From NCBI GenBank assembly GCA_020852295.1, contig JADZBC010000009.1:7081-71080 (forward strand): 64,000 nt of DNA, read 5' to 3'. Numbering within the stretch: the first letter of the stretch is position 1; the number at the start of each line of letters is the position of its first letter. Position numbers and translations under genes: made by a program. The notes beneath the pieces were generated by a model. The model had not been told where the DNA came from. It made no database searches and saw only the letters and a list, made by a program, of their open reading frames with translations. The stretch is from a bacterium (GTDB lineage Bacteria > Patescibacteriota > Saccharimonadia > CAILAD01 > JADZBC01). Positions 55,335 through 64,000 of the stretch are shown here, one piece after another.

Positions 55335-56399
55335 ATGCAAAAAAACAGTAAGATTTACATCGCGGGTCATCGCGGGCTAGTTGGAAGTGCCATATGGCGG
55401 CACCTAGAAGAAAACGGCTATACGAATCTTGTTGGTCGAACTCATGCCGAGCTTGAGTTGACCGATCAGCAGGCTGTTGACGAATTTTTCGAAACAGAAA
55501 AACCGGAGTTTGTTTTTTTGGCGGCGGCTAAGGTTGGCGGTATTAATGCTAACAATATCTACCGGGCGGAGTTCATCTACTCAAACCTTGCCATTCAAGA
55601 CAATATCGTTAGTGCTTCATACAAACATGGTGTCAAGAAGATGGTCTTTCTCGGGAGTGTTTGTATATATCCAAAGCACGCGGCACTGCCAGTTCGTGAG
55701 GACTGTCTGCTCACCGGTGAGCTGGAATATACAAACGAGCCATATGCACTCGCCAAGATTGCTGGCATTAAGCTAACCGAGAGCTACAATCTTCAGTATG
55801 GCACCAATTATGTTTCTGTGATGCCCGCCAACCTATATGGCGAGAATGACAACTTTGACCTTGAAAAATCGCATGTTATCCCGGCGCTAATTCGCAAGAT
55901 GATACTGTGCAAGCACATCGAAAATGCCGATTTTGCCGAGGCGGCCAAAAACCTTGGGCTGACGGACGACGATGAGGCGGCCGTGCTGGCAGAAGTTGCA
56001 AAATATGGTATTGAGAAGCGGAATAACGAGGTGGTGCTCAAGGTCTGGGGGAGCGGCAAGCCATATCGAGAGTTTATGCACTCCGATGACATGGCCGAAG
56101 CTTGTGTGTATATCATGAATAATGTAGATTTTCCAGATCTAGCCGAGGGGCTTAAAGAGGTTCGCAATACACACATCAACCTCGGCACGGGCAAGGATAT
56201 CTCCATTCGGGATTTAGTAGGTCTCATCAAAGACATCGTCGGCACGAGTGCCGTGATCGAGTTTGACACGAGCAAGCCAGACGGCACCTTCCGTCGCTAC
56301 ATGGATGTAGAAAAAGTTCACGAGCTCGGCTGGCATCACAAGATTGAACTCGAAGACGGACTTCGAAAAACCATCGAGTGGTACCAACACAATAGCTAA
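55335..56399 (+). CDS. fcl: GDP-L-fucose synthase
   Basis: AGHRGLVGSA, AAAKVGGI, YALAK, SHVIPALIRK, KPDGT. Confidence 0.95.
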   Translation: MQKNSKIYIAGHRGLVGSAIWRHLEENGYTNLVGRTHAELELTDQQAVDEFFETEKPEFVFLAAAKVGGINANNIYRAEFIYSNLAIQDNIVSASYKHGVKKMVFLGSVCIYPKHAALPVREDCLLTGELEYTNEPYALAKIAGIKLTESYNLQYGTNYVSVMPANLYGENDNFDLEKSHVIPALIRKMILCKHIENADFAEAAKNLGLTDDDEAAVLAEVAKYGIEKRNNEVVLKVWGSGKPYREFMHSDDMAEACVYIMNNVDFPDLAEGLKEVRNTHINLGTGKDISIRDLVGLIKDIVGTSAVIEFDTSKPDGTFRRYMDVEKVHELGWHHKIELEDGLRKTIEWYQHNS

Positions 56400-56422
56400 C
56401 AGATATAGTATAATTACTACAT

Positions 56423-57250
56423 ATGGAACAGACGATCGTTATCCGTCCCAAGAAACGCTTGTCCATCGACTGGAAAGAGCTCAGAGAATATCGCGAGCTC
56501 TTCTTCTACTTCGCATGGCGAGATGTAAAGGTTCGCTATAAGCAGACAGCTATCGGCATTGTCTGGGCGGTTCTCCAGCCGTTTATCCAAATGGTCGTAT
56601 TCACGCTATTCTTCAATAAAGTCGCCGGCATTCAGGCTGGTACTCGCCAGGTGCCATATGCGATTTTTTCGTTTATAGGATTGCTTTTCTGGAACTATTT
56701 TTCACAAGCCCTCCAGCGCTCAGCCAATAGCCTGGTCGACAACCAGTCGGTAGTCACCAAGGTTTATTTCCCGCGTATTATTCCGCCGATATCTTCGACC
56801 GTTGTCAGTCTTATCGACTTTGCTTTTGCAGCACTTGTTTTTGTGGGGCTTATGTTTTTCTTCCAGTTCCCGCCGACGGCTTTAGGCCTTTTACTAACTG
56901 TCCCAGCGATTCTCGTCACATTTGTCGCAGCATCCGGCATCGGACTGTTTTTGGCGGCAGTCAATGTGAAGTATCGTGATGTAAAACAGGCACTGCCATT
57001 TTTGGTTCAAACTGGTCTATTCTTGACCCCGGTTATTTATCCTGTTGCTTCGATCCCTCAGCAGTATCAGTGGCTTTTATACCTTAATCCTATGACGGGG
57101 GTCATCAACGCAATGCGCTCGAGCTACCTCAATGACAATCCGATCGACTGGGGTCTGACGCTACTTTCCATTGTGGTTTCAGTTCTGTTGTTTGTAGGCG
57201 GCCTGTATTACTTTAAGGGTCGAGAAAAGGAATTTGCGGATATCATATGA
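56423..57250 (+). CDS. wzm: ABC-2 polysaccharide exporter permease
   Basis: RDVKVRYKQTAIG, KVYFPR, TPVIYP. Confidence 0.92.
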   Translation: MEQTIVIRPKKRLSIDWKELREYRELFFYFAWRDVKVRYKQTAIGIVWAVLQPFIQMVVFTLFFNKVAGIQAGTRQVPYAIFSFIGLLFWNYFSQALQRSANSLVDNQSVVTKVYFPRIIPPISSTVVSLIDFAFAALVFVGLMFFFQFPPTALGLLLTVPAILVTFVAASGIGLFLAAVNVKYRDVKQALPFLVQTGLFLTPVIYPVASIPQQYQWLLYLNPMTGVINAMRSSYLNDNPIDWGLTLLSIVVSVLLFVGGLYYFKGREKEFADII

Positions 57251-58431
57251 GCAACCCAGTAATACAGATTAAGAATCTTTCTAAGGCCTACATGATTGGG
57301 CACGAGCAGCAGGCAGCTGTGGGCACGATGACGTTCCGGGATACGCTTACCAACATTGCCCGCAAACCGATCGAGCTCATCACGGGCCACCAGCTCAAGA
57401 AGGAAAAATTTTGGGCGCTCAAAGACGTTAATCTCGACATCGAAAAAGGTGATGTGGTCGGCATTATTGGCCGCAACGGCTCTGGTAAATCCACCTTACT
57501 GAAAGTCCTGTCGCGAATTGTCGAGCCAACCGAAGGGGAGATTACGATGCACGGTAGAGTGGCTAGCCTGCTAGAGGTTGGGACGGGTTTTCACCCTGAG
57601 CTAACTGGCCGAGAGAATATTTATTTCAATGGCGCTATCCTGGGCATGACTCGCAAAGAGATAAAGGCTAAGTTCGATGAAATCGTGGCGTTTTCAGAGG
57701 TAGAGAAGTTTCTTGATACCCCAGTGAAGTTTTATTCGAGTGGCATGTATGTGCGATTGGCCTTTGCTGTCGCGGCGCACCTAGACCCTGACATTCTGAT
57801 TGTGGATGAGGTGCTGGCGGTTGGCGACGCGGCATTTCAGAAAAAATGTCTCGGCAAGATGAAGGATGTCGCCGGCGAGGGTCGTACGGTGCTTTTTGTG
57901 AGCCACAATATGGCTGCGGTGCAATCGCTGTGCAACAAGGGGGTTGTTATGCAGAGCGGGAAGATGAAGTATACTGGATCGATTGTTGGGGCTATAGAGA
58001 AGTATAATATTCAAGAAGATTTTTCTAGTGCACTTAAGTCAGCTAAGAATCTGGACTCAAAGGCTGCGGTGAAATCTGTGGAGTTTGGGGGGAATATTGC
58101 CCATAAGTACGGGTCGAAGTCAGAGATTTTGGTAAATCTCAATATAAGAAAAATCCAGAAAATTAGGTTGGTGATAAACTTACTGAACTCTAGTGGGCAA
58201 GTCGTATTGAGCTTTGGGAAAATCTTTCAGGTGGAGGATGGGGATAATCGACTCACACTACAGACACCAAGCCTCCGACTTAACGGAGGTAGCTACCGCG
58301 CCAACCTAGTAGTGTTTGATGAGCAGAGGTCGTCCGTGGAGAACTTTCTGGAAGAGATAGGCGTTGTAAGGGTAGAAAAAAGTGTAATTATCCCAAGTGG
58401 ACTAGAGGAAACCATATATCATGAAGTATAA
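57247..58431 (+). CDS. wzt: ABC polysaccharide exporter ATPase with C-terminal domain
   Basis: GRNGSGKST, YSSGMYVRLAF, VDEVLAVGD. Confidence 0.93.
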   Translation: MSNPVIQIKNLSKAYMIGHEQQAAVGTMTFRDTLTNIARKPIELITGHQLKKEKFWALKDVNLDIEKGDVVGIIGRNGSGKSTLLKVLSRIVEPTEGEITMHGRVASLLEVGTGFHPELTGRENIYFNGAILGMTRKEIKAKFDEIVAFSEVEKFLDTPVKFYSSGMYVRLAFAVAAHLDPDILIVDEVLAVGDAAFQKKCLGKMKDVAGEGRTVLFVSHNMAAVQSLCNKGVVMQSGKMKYTGSIVGAIEKYNIQEDFSSALKSAKNLDSKAAVKSVEFGGNIAHKYGSKSEILVNLNIRKIQKIRLVINLLNSSGQVVLSFGKIFQVEDGDNRLTLQTPSLRLNGGSYRANLVVFDEQRSSVENFLEEIGVVRVEKSVIIPSGLEETIYHEV

Positions 58432-59146
58432 ATTACTAAACTACATCAGTCACTATAAGGAGGCGATGCACAATCTTGAAAGCATCATAAAAGACAAATC
58501 TAATAGTGTTTTTGTGCACAACGTGGGCGAGCCCCCTAGGCATATCCGTGAAGATTTTATCTTGAATAGTTGCAAAGGAAAATCGGTATTACATTTTGGC
58601 TTTGCAGACGCACCATTCACTAAAAACAGGCTTAAGTCGAATGAGATTTTACATATTCGTATTAAGAAAGTAGCAAAAAGTGTTTTCGGTGCAGATATTA
58701 ATAGTGCTGCGATCGATGAATACAGGAAGGCTACCAAGGATCTTAATAATGCTGAAATAGATATCACAAAGAAGATTGACACTGGATTATTCAAAAATCA
58801 GAAGTTTGACGTAATTCTGCTCGGTGAAATCGTGGAGCATTTAGATAACCCCGTACAAGCACTACAAAACCTAAAGGAAATATCTGCGAAGGTGTGCACC
58901 CGGGGTTCGTATTTATTAATAACCGTACCCAGTGCATTTAGTTTTGATGGTCAAGTCGCGGCGTACCACGGCTATGAGATTGTGCACCCCGACCATTTAT
59001 ACTATTTTTCACCAGTCACCATAAAAACACTCTTAAGGCGCGCTGGCTTCAGGAGCAGTAAAATCTTTCTATATAGAAGTCCTGTAGATAAAAAGAGCCG
59101 TGGAATATCATCTGCGGGCGTGATTGCAAAATCAGAGATTAAATGA
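58421..59146 (+). CDS. Class I SAM methyltransferase (glycan-associated)
   Basis: VLHFGFA, FDVILLGEIVEHL, ITVP. Confidence 0.8.
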   Translation: MKYKLLNYISHYKEAMHNLESIIKDKSNSVFVHNVGEPPRHIREDFILNSCKGKSVLHFGFADAPFTKNRLKSNEILHIRIKKVAKSVFGADINSAAIDEYRKATKDLNNAEIDITKKIDTGLFKNQKFDVILLGEIVEHLDNPVQALQNLKEISAKVCTRGSYLLITVPSAFSFDGQVAAYHGYEIVHPDHLYYFSPVTIKTLLRRAGFRSSKIFLYRSPVDKKSRGISSAGVIAKSEIK

Positions 59147-60309
59147 AGATACTCCATACAGTCGAGTTTTATGCTCCCTCGATTGGAGGTTCTCAAGAAG
59201 TGGTGCGCCAGATTTCTGAAAGGATGGCGGCAATGGGGCATGACGTAACAGTTGCAACCTCTTTCTTGCCAGAAAGAGAATTCAGCACTCTTAACCGGGT
59301 AAAAATAAAGCAGTTTAAAATCTCTGGAAATGAAGTAAGAGGATATAAGGGCGATGTAAAAGAATACCAGGATTTCATTTTGACTTCAAAGTTCGATGTA
59401 GTAATGAACTATGCCGCGCAAGAGTGGACGGCAGACCTTATTTTTCCATTGCTTGACAAAATAAAATGTCGAAAAATATTTGTGCCATGTGGGTATTCAG
59501 CGTTGAGCGATCCACTGTATTCCGAATACTTCAAAAAAATGCCAAATGTATTGCGCCAGTATGATGCCACCATATATCTGGCCAATAAATATCGGGATAT
59601 TGATTTTGCTAGGCAGCACAAAATAAAAAACATTCACATTGTTCCCAATGGAGCCGATGAACGTGAGTTTTTAAATGACTACGATGGAGATATTCGAAGC
59701 GAACTACGCATACCTCAAGAGTCAAAAATGATTATGCACCTAGGAAGCTTTACCGGACTAAAGGGACAGTCGGAGGCTATTGAAATATATAGACGAACTA
59801 AATCAAGCAACACGGTACTTTTGATGGTGGGGAATGTTTTTAATCAAAGTCTTTACCGCAAACTTAGGATGATGGCGACACGATTTAATCTCACCCCAGC
59901 AAATATCCGAAGCAAGAAGAGAATACTCATAAAACAGCTTGATAGGAGGCGCACCGTCGCCTCACTGAAAGCAGCCGATGTATTTCTTTTTCCTTCAAAT
60001 ATCGAGGCCTCTCCACTTGTGTTATTTGAAGCGTGTGCCGCTAAGACACCCTTTTTGACGACTGACGTTGGTAATGCTCAGGAAATCGTGAAATGGACAC
60101 AAGGGGGCCGGGTGCTTCCAACGAGCTTTGACGGCAATGGTTACGCGCACCCAGAGGTACGTGGGTCGGCAAAAATGCTTGATGATTTACTCTCTAATGA
60201 GAGTGAATGCTCAGCGCTTGCGGGCAAAGGCTACTCGGCTTGGAGTAAAAAATTTAGATGGGATAAGATTGCTTCGCAATACCTCACGCTCTACAAGGGT
60301 GGACTATGA
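59143..60309 (+). CDS. GT4 glycosyltransferase
   Basis: PSIGGSQ, FPSNIEASPLVLFEA. Confidence 0.88.
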   Translation: MKILHTVEFYAPSIGGSQEVVRQISERMAAMGHDVTVATSFLPEREFSTLNRVKIKQFKISGNEVRGYKGDVKEYQDFILTSKFDVVMNYAAQEWTADLIFPLLDKIKCRKIFVPCGYSALSDPLYSEYFKKMPNVLRQYDATIYLANKYRDIDFARQHKIKNIHIVPNGADEREFLNDYDGDIRSELRIPQESKMIMHLGSFTGLKGQSEAIEIYRRTKSSNTVLLMVGNVFNQSLYRKLRMMATRFNLTPANIRSKKRILIKQLDRRRTVASLKAADVFLFPSNIEASPLVLFEACAAKTPFLTTDVGNAQEIVKWTQGGRVLPTSFDGNGYAHPEVRGSAKMLDDLLSNESECSALAGKGYSAWSKKFRWDKIASQYLTLYKGGL

Positions 60310-61142
60310 TTACTATCAAACTACAGGGTGGACTTGGCAATCAAATGTTTCAGTATGCTGCAGCAAGGTCCCTGGCTCTGCGTAATCACACAGTACCAAC
60401 ACTAGACTTATCTTGGTTTGGTCAAGATTTTGACGACTCGACAACTCCACGACACTATGAGCTCTCCTGCTTTGTGTTAGACTCTAGCACTTCAAGATAC
60501 AAAGGAACTGTGCTGGAAAAGCTGCAGCGTCGGTTTGCGATGCAATATAAGGAACCGCATTTTCACTTTGACAAAGCATTCAAAGCCTTGCCAAAAAACA
60601 CTACTCTAGAAGGTTATTTTCAGTCTGAAAAATATTTTAGTGATATACGAGATGAACTACTGAGTGATTTTTCTTGGGTAAAAGAGGCGAAAGGAACAAA
60701 TAGGGAGCTACTAGGGCGTATCAAGAAGGATGAATCGAGCGTATCGGTGCACGTAAGACGCGGCGATTATGTCTCAAACGAGAATGCTGCAAAATTTCAT
60801 GGGCTAACGGGCCTTGAATACTATAATGCTGCCTACCAGAGAATAAAGAAACAAATCAAAAAACCAAGATTATACATATTCTCAGACGAGCCAGATTGGT
60901 GCAAAAAGAGTTTAAAATTCGATGCTCCAACCATCTATGTATCTCACAATAGCGATGGCTCCGAAGATATGCGACTCATGAAGGCGTGTCAGCATAACAT
61001 AATTGCAAACTCTAGTTTTTCTTGGTGGGCTGCATGGCTCAATGAAAACCCTGATAAAATTGTAATAGCACCGAAGCAGTGGTTTAGCCACTCTGAGAGT
61101 AATACTAAAGATATAATCCCACCGTCATGGCACAAACTATAA
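60306..61142 (+). CDS. GT11 alpha-1,2-fucosyltransferase
   Basis: GGLGNQMFQYA, HVRRGDY, NSSFSWW. Confidence 0.94.
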   Translation: MITIKLQGGLGNQMFQYAAARSLALRNHTVPTLDLSWFGQDFDDSTTPRHYELSCFVLDSSTSRYKGTVLEKLQRRFAMQYKEPHFHFDKAFKALPKNTTLEGYFQSEKYFSDIRDELLSDFSWVKEAKGTNRELLGRIKKDESSVSVHVRRGDYVSNENAAKFHGLTGLEYYNAAYQRIKKQIKKPRLYIFSDEPDWCKKSLKFDAPTIYVSHNSDGSEDMRLMKACQHNIIANSSFSWWAAWLNENPDKIVIAPKQWFSHSESNTKDIIPPSWHKL

Positions 61143-62050
61143 AAAAGAAGTCAAAGAAGGGATCCGGTACGCCCCTTGTTTCTGTTGTAATGAGCGTTTA
61201 CAACGGTGAAAAATATTTGAGGGAAGCGATTGATTCCATACTCAATCAAACGTTTATGGATTTTGAGTTTGTCATAATAGACGATGGTTCGACAGATAAT
61301 ACGTTAGAGATCCTAAAGAGCTATAGTGATCCACGTATTCTACTCATTAGCAGGGAAAATAAAGGACTTGTAGCCTCCTTAAACGAAGGGATCGAGATGG
61401 CGCGAGGCAAATATATCGCACGCATGGACGCGGATGATATAAGTCACAAGAAGAGATTAGAATACCAACTGCAAATGATCGAATCCAGTTTCGTGCCAAC
61501 GGTCGTAGCTACTCTTGGACTACTAATCGACGACCAAGGCACAAAAAGAGGCACCTATCTCGTGCCCTATTTGCAGCCAGACTTGGCACGGAGATTTTAT
61601 ATCGGTAATTCTATATTGCATGGATCGGCCATGTATCCAAGGGATGCCGTTCTTCAAAATGGACTGTATTCTGATAGTGTCGGGCCGGTTGAGGATTACG
61701 ATCTTTGGACTAGACTTGATTTACTATCTTTTTCTGTGGTGCCCAAGATGCTTTATTCGTATAGAGTAAATGAGGAAGGTGTCTCTATCCAAAGAAGTAC
61801 CCAACAGTTAAGAGGCGCTAAAATAGTAAGAGATGAGCTTTGGCGCAATAACAACCTTCCGGGGTTACGGCTGTTTGGGCTATGGTCGCGCATAAAAACA
61901 TATAAAACCGTCAATGCACAGATTGTATTCGACCTTTTGAGTGATCAAAAAATGCTCATAAAACAGGCCCTAAAGAGAAACCGGTTCTTCCTGGCCTTTA
62001 AGAATCTCCTCAATTACTTAACCGTAAAGCTATTGAATAAGTTAATATAA
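61127..62050 (+). CDS. GT2 glycosyltransferase
   Basis: DDGSTD, ARMDADD, EDYDLW. Confidence 0.92.
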   Translation: MAQTIKKKSKKGSGTPLVSVVMSVYNGEKYLREAIDSILNQTFMDFEFVIIDDGSTDNTLEILKSYSDPRILLISRENKGLVASLNEGIEMARGKYIARMDADDISHKKRLEYQLQMIESSFVPTVVATLGLLIDDQGTKRGTYLVPYLQPDLARRFYIGNSILHGSAMYPRDAVLQNGLYSDSVGPVEDYDLWTRLDLLSFSVVPKMLYSYRVNEEGVSIQRSTQQLRGAKIVRDELWRNNNLPGLRLFGLWSRIKTYKTVNAQIVFDLLSDQKMLIKQALKRNRFFLAFKNLLNYLTVKLLNKLI

Positions 62051-62054
62051 GAAG

Positions 62055-62891
62055 ATGAAGAAGAATCGTGAAAAGATAACAGTGTTAATTAACACACTTA
62101 ACGAACAGGACAATATTGTGGACTGCATCAGGTCGGTCGAGTGGGCTGATGAGATACTGGTGGTGGATATGCACTCAGATGATGATACCGTAAAACTAGC
62201 ACAAAAGTTTGGGGCAAAAGTCTTAAACTTTGAAAGGGTGGGCTATGTGGAACCCGCAAGAAACTTTGGCATTGAAAAAGCGCTTAATGACTGGATTTTT
62301 GTAGTGGACGCCGATGAAAGAATTCCAGGTCAATTGGCTCAAAAAGTACGAGATTTAGTTGATGGTAATGAGTATGATGTTTGTTGGGTTCCCGAAAAGA
62401 ATATGGTATTTGGTGAATGGATTCAACATGGGCTATTGTGGCCAGACTATCACCCCCGGTTGTTTAGAAAAGGGTTTATCCAGTGGTCAAGCAATGTACA
62501 TGACATCCCAAAACCAATCGGTAGAGAAACATATCTCGCCGCGGAGCAAGATTTAGCTATTGAGCATTTGTCAAAATCATATGCAACGGTTTCGGGATTT
62601 GTTGATAGTTACAATAGGTATAGCACATTCGAGGCTGATACCCTCAAGCGGCAAGGATATAAATTTCGAAGCAGGCACTATATACTTGTTCCCGTCAGGG
62701 AGTTTCGCAGCAGGTTCTTTAAGCACAAGGGCTACAGGGATGGGCACCACGGCCTAAGACTGGCCCTTCTCTTTGCATTCTATAAATTTCTGGTAATTGC
62801 GAAATATGTGGAGAAATATAATCCCACAATTAATAACGATAAAGGGCTTAAGAAGTGGCAATATCTATATAGACTGCTTCGTGATCGTTAA
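62055..62891 (+). CDS. GT2 glycosyltransferase (WaaE/KdtX-like)
   Basis: TLNEQDNI, VDADERI, WPDYHPRLF. Confidence 0.88.
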   Translation: MKKNREKITVLINTLNEQDNIVDCIRSVEWADEILVVDMHSDDDTVKLAQKFGAKVLNFERVGYVEPARNFGIEKALNDWIFVVDADERIPGQLAQKVRDLVDGNEYDVCWVPEKNMVFGEWIQHGLLWPDYHPRLFRKGFIQWSSNVHDIPKPIGRETYLAAEQDLAIEHLSKSYATVSGFVDSYNRYSTFEADTLKRQGYKFRSRHYILVPVREFRSRFFKHKGYRDGHHGLRLALLFAFYKFLVIAKYVEKYNPTINNDKGLKKWQYLYRLLRDR

Positions 62892-62911
62892 ATTGTAAAG
62901 GGAGAAGCTAA

Positions 62912-64000
62912 ATGAAAATACTTTTTGAAGGCTCACCAATATTTCGCAATCGATCCGGTGTTGGGCAGTATGTCTATCGCCTACTAGACAAGTTGCTCGC
63001 AATCGACAGGGACAACAGTTACTACATTTTTGGTTTTTTATTTGCAGGTAAAAAATTTCAGGAGCCCTATAAAAAACTACCAAGAAATGCTCGGTATAGA
63101 TTGATACGGCTACTGCCATCAAAGGTGCACAATGTTTTGTCTCGACGACTTTTTGTCCCGCCAATAGATGTGTTGACTGGCATGAAAGCCGATCTTACAA
63201 TTTTCACTAACTTCGTTAGGACACCTCTGCCGCTCGGCAGTAAATCAATTACTTTTATCTATGACCTGTCTTTTATCACTTTTCGGAAATTTTCAAATGA
63301 TAAAAATGCCCAACTACTCACAAAACAAGCAGATATAGCCGCGCGCAAGTCAGATAAGATTGTCACAATTTCTGAAAATTCCAAGAGGGAGATTGTCGAA
63401 GAATACGGCATCAACCCGGCTAAAATCGAGATTGTGCATCCGGCATTGGACCACTCAGTTTACTATCGGCGCCCAGCGAACGAACAAAAAAGTGTCGCAA
63501 AGAAATTTCAGATCGACGGCGAATATATTTTGTATACAGGCACCATCGAGCCAAGGAAAAACATCGTCGGTATTATTGAGGCTTACACAAAACTCCCGGC
63601 TGACTTAAAGAGAAAGTATATGCTCGTCTTGGCCGGGGGGAAGGGCTGGAAGGATGAGGAGATTCGGCAGAGCCTGGCGAAGCACAATGGCGAGCGGATA
63701 ATTTTGACTGGCTATGTTGCCGATGAGGATTTGCCAGCATTATACTCAGGCGCATCTCTATTCGTTTTTCCTACCTTCTACGAGGGCTGGGGAATGCCGC
63801 CGCTCGAGGCTATGGCGTGTGGGGTGCCGGTGGTGTGCTCTGATAATTCGTCACTACCCGAAGTGGTAGGCAGTGCTGCCCTAACCATCTCCGCGAATGA
63901 TACCAAGGCGCTAACGCGCGAAATGACAAGAGTGTTAACCGACAAGAAGCTGGCGGCGAAACTGGTGAAGGCGGTCTACCTGCAGGCCAAGAAGTTTGAC
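62912..64000 (+). CDS. GT4 glycosyltransferase, truncated by window edge
   Basis: MKILFEG..SGVGQY..GTIEPRKN..YEGWGMPPLEAMACG; open to the window end. Confidence 0.9.
   Translation, partial: MKILFEGSPIFRNRSGVGQYVYRLLDKLLAIDRDNSYYIFGFLFAGKKFQEPYKKLPRNARYRLIRLLPSKVHNVLSRRLFVPPIDVLTGMKADLTIFTNFVRTPLPLGSKSITFIYDLSFITFRKFSNDKNAQLLTKQADIAARKSDKIVTISENSKREIVEEYGINPAKIEIVHPALDHSVYYRRPANEQKSVAKKFQIDGEYILYTGTIEPRKNIVGIIEAYTKLPADLKRKYMLVLAGGKGWKDEEIRQSLAKHNGERIILTGYVADEDLPALYSGASLFVFPTFYEGWGMPPLEAMACGVPVVCSDNSSLPEVVGSAALTISANDTKALTREMTRVLTDKKLAAKLVKAVYLQAKKFD

Overview
Origin-proximal chromosome segment, most likely from a Patescibacteria (CPR) bacterium of Saccharibacteria type; this is inferred from gene content. 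It holds the dnaA-dnaN-recF-dciA / rpmH-rnpA-yidD-yidC-jag-mnmE core with a recognisable oriC, six T4SS-type pilins divergent from a VirB6/PrgI/VirB4 operon with two cell-wall hydrolases, two FemABX transferases, tsaD, valS, four canonical tRNAs, a DedA/GT-C/GT2 cluster, and the start of a Wzm/Wzt fucosylated-glycan locus. The standout feature is a ~670-nt non-coding unit (16838-17512) with its own TTGACT-17-TAGAAT promoter and terminator. It contains five tRNA-like cloverleaves separated by hairpins. Acceptor and T arms are largely intact, but the anticodon arms are rebuilt (one is a UUCG tetraloop) and none encodes CCA. Also notable are a perfect-consensus promoter driving an orphan small RNA (~1530-1753), many apparently leaderless genes, a GC-rich membrane-protein gene missed by the ORF track, and a probable ATA start codon. 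All calls come from reading the sequence by eye; no searches were run.
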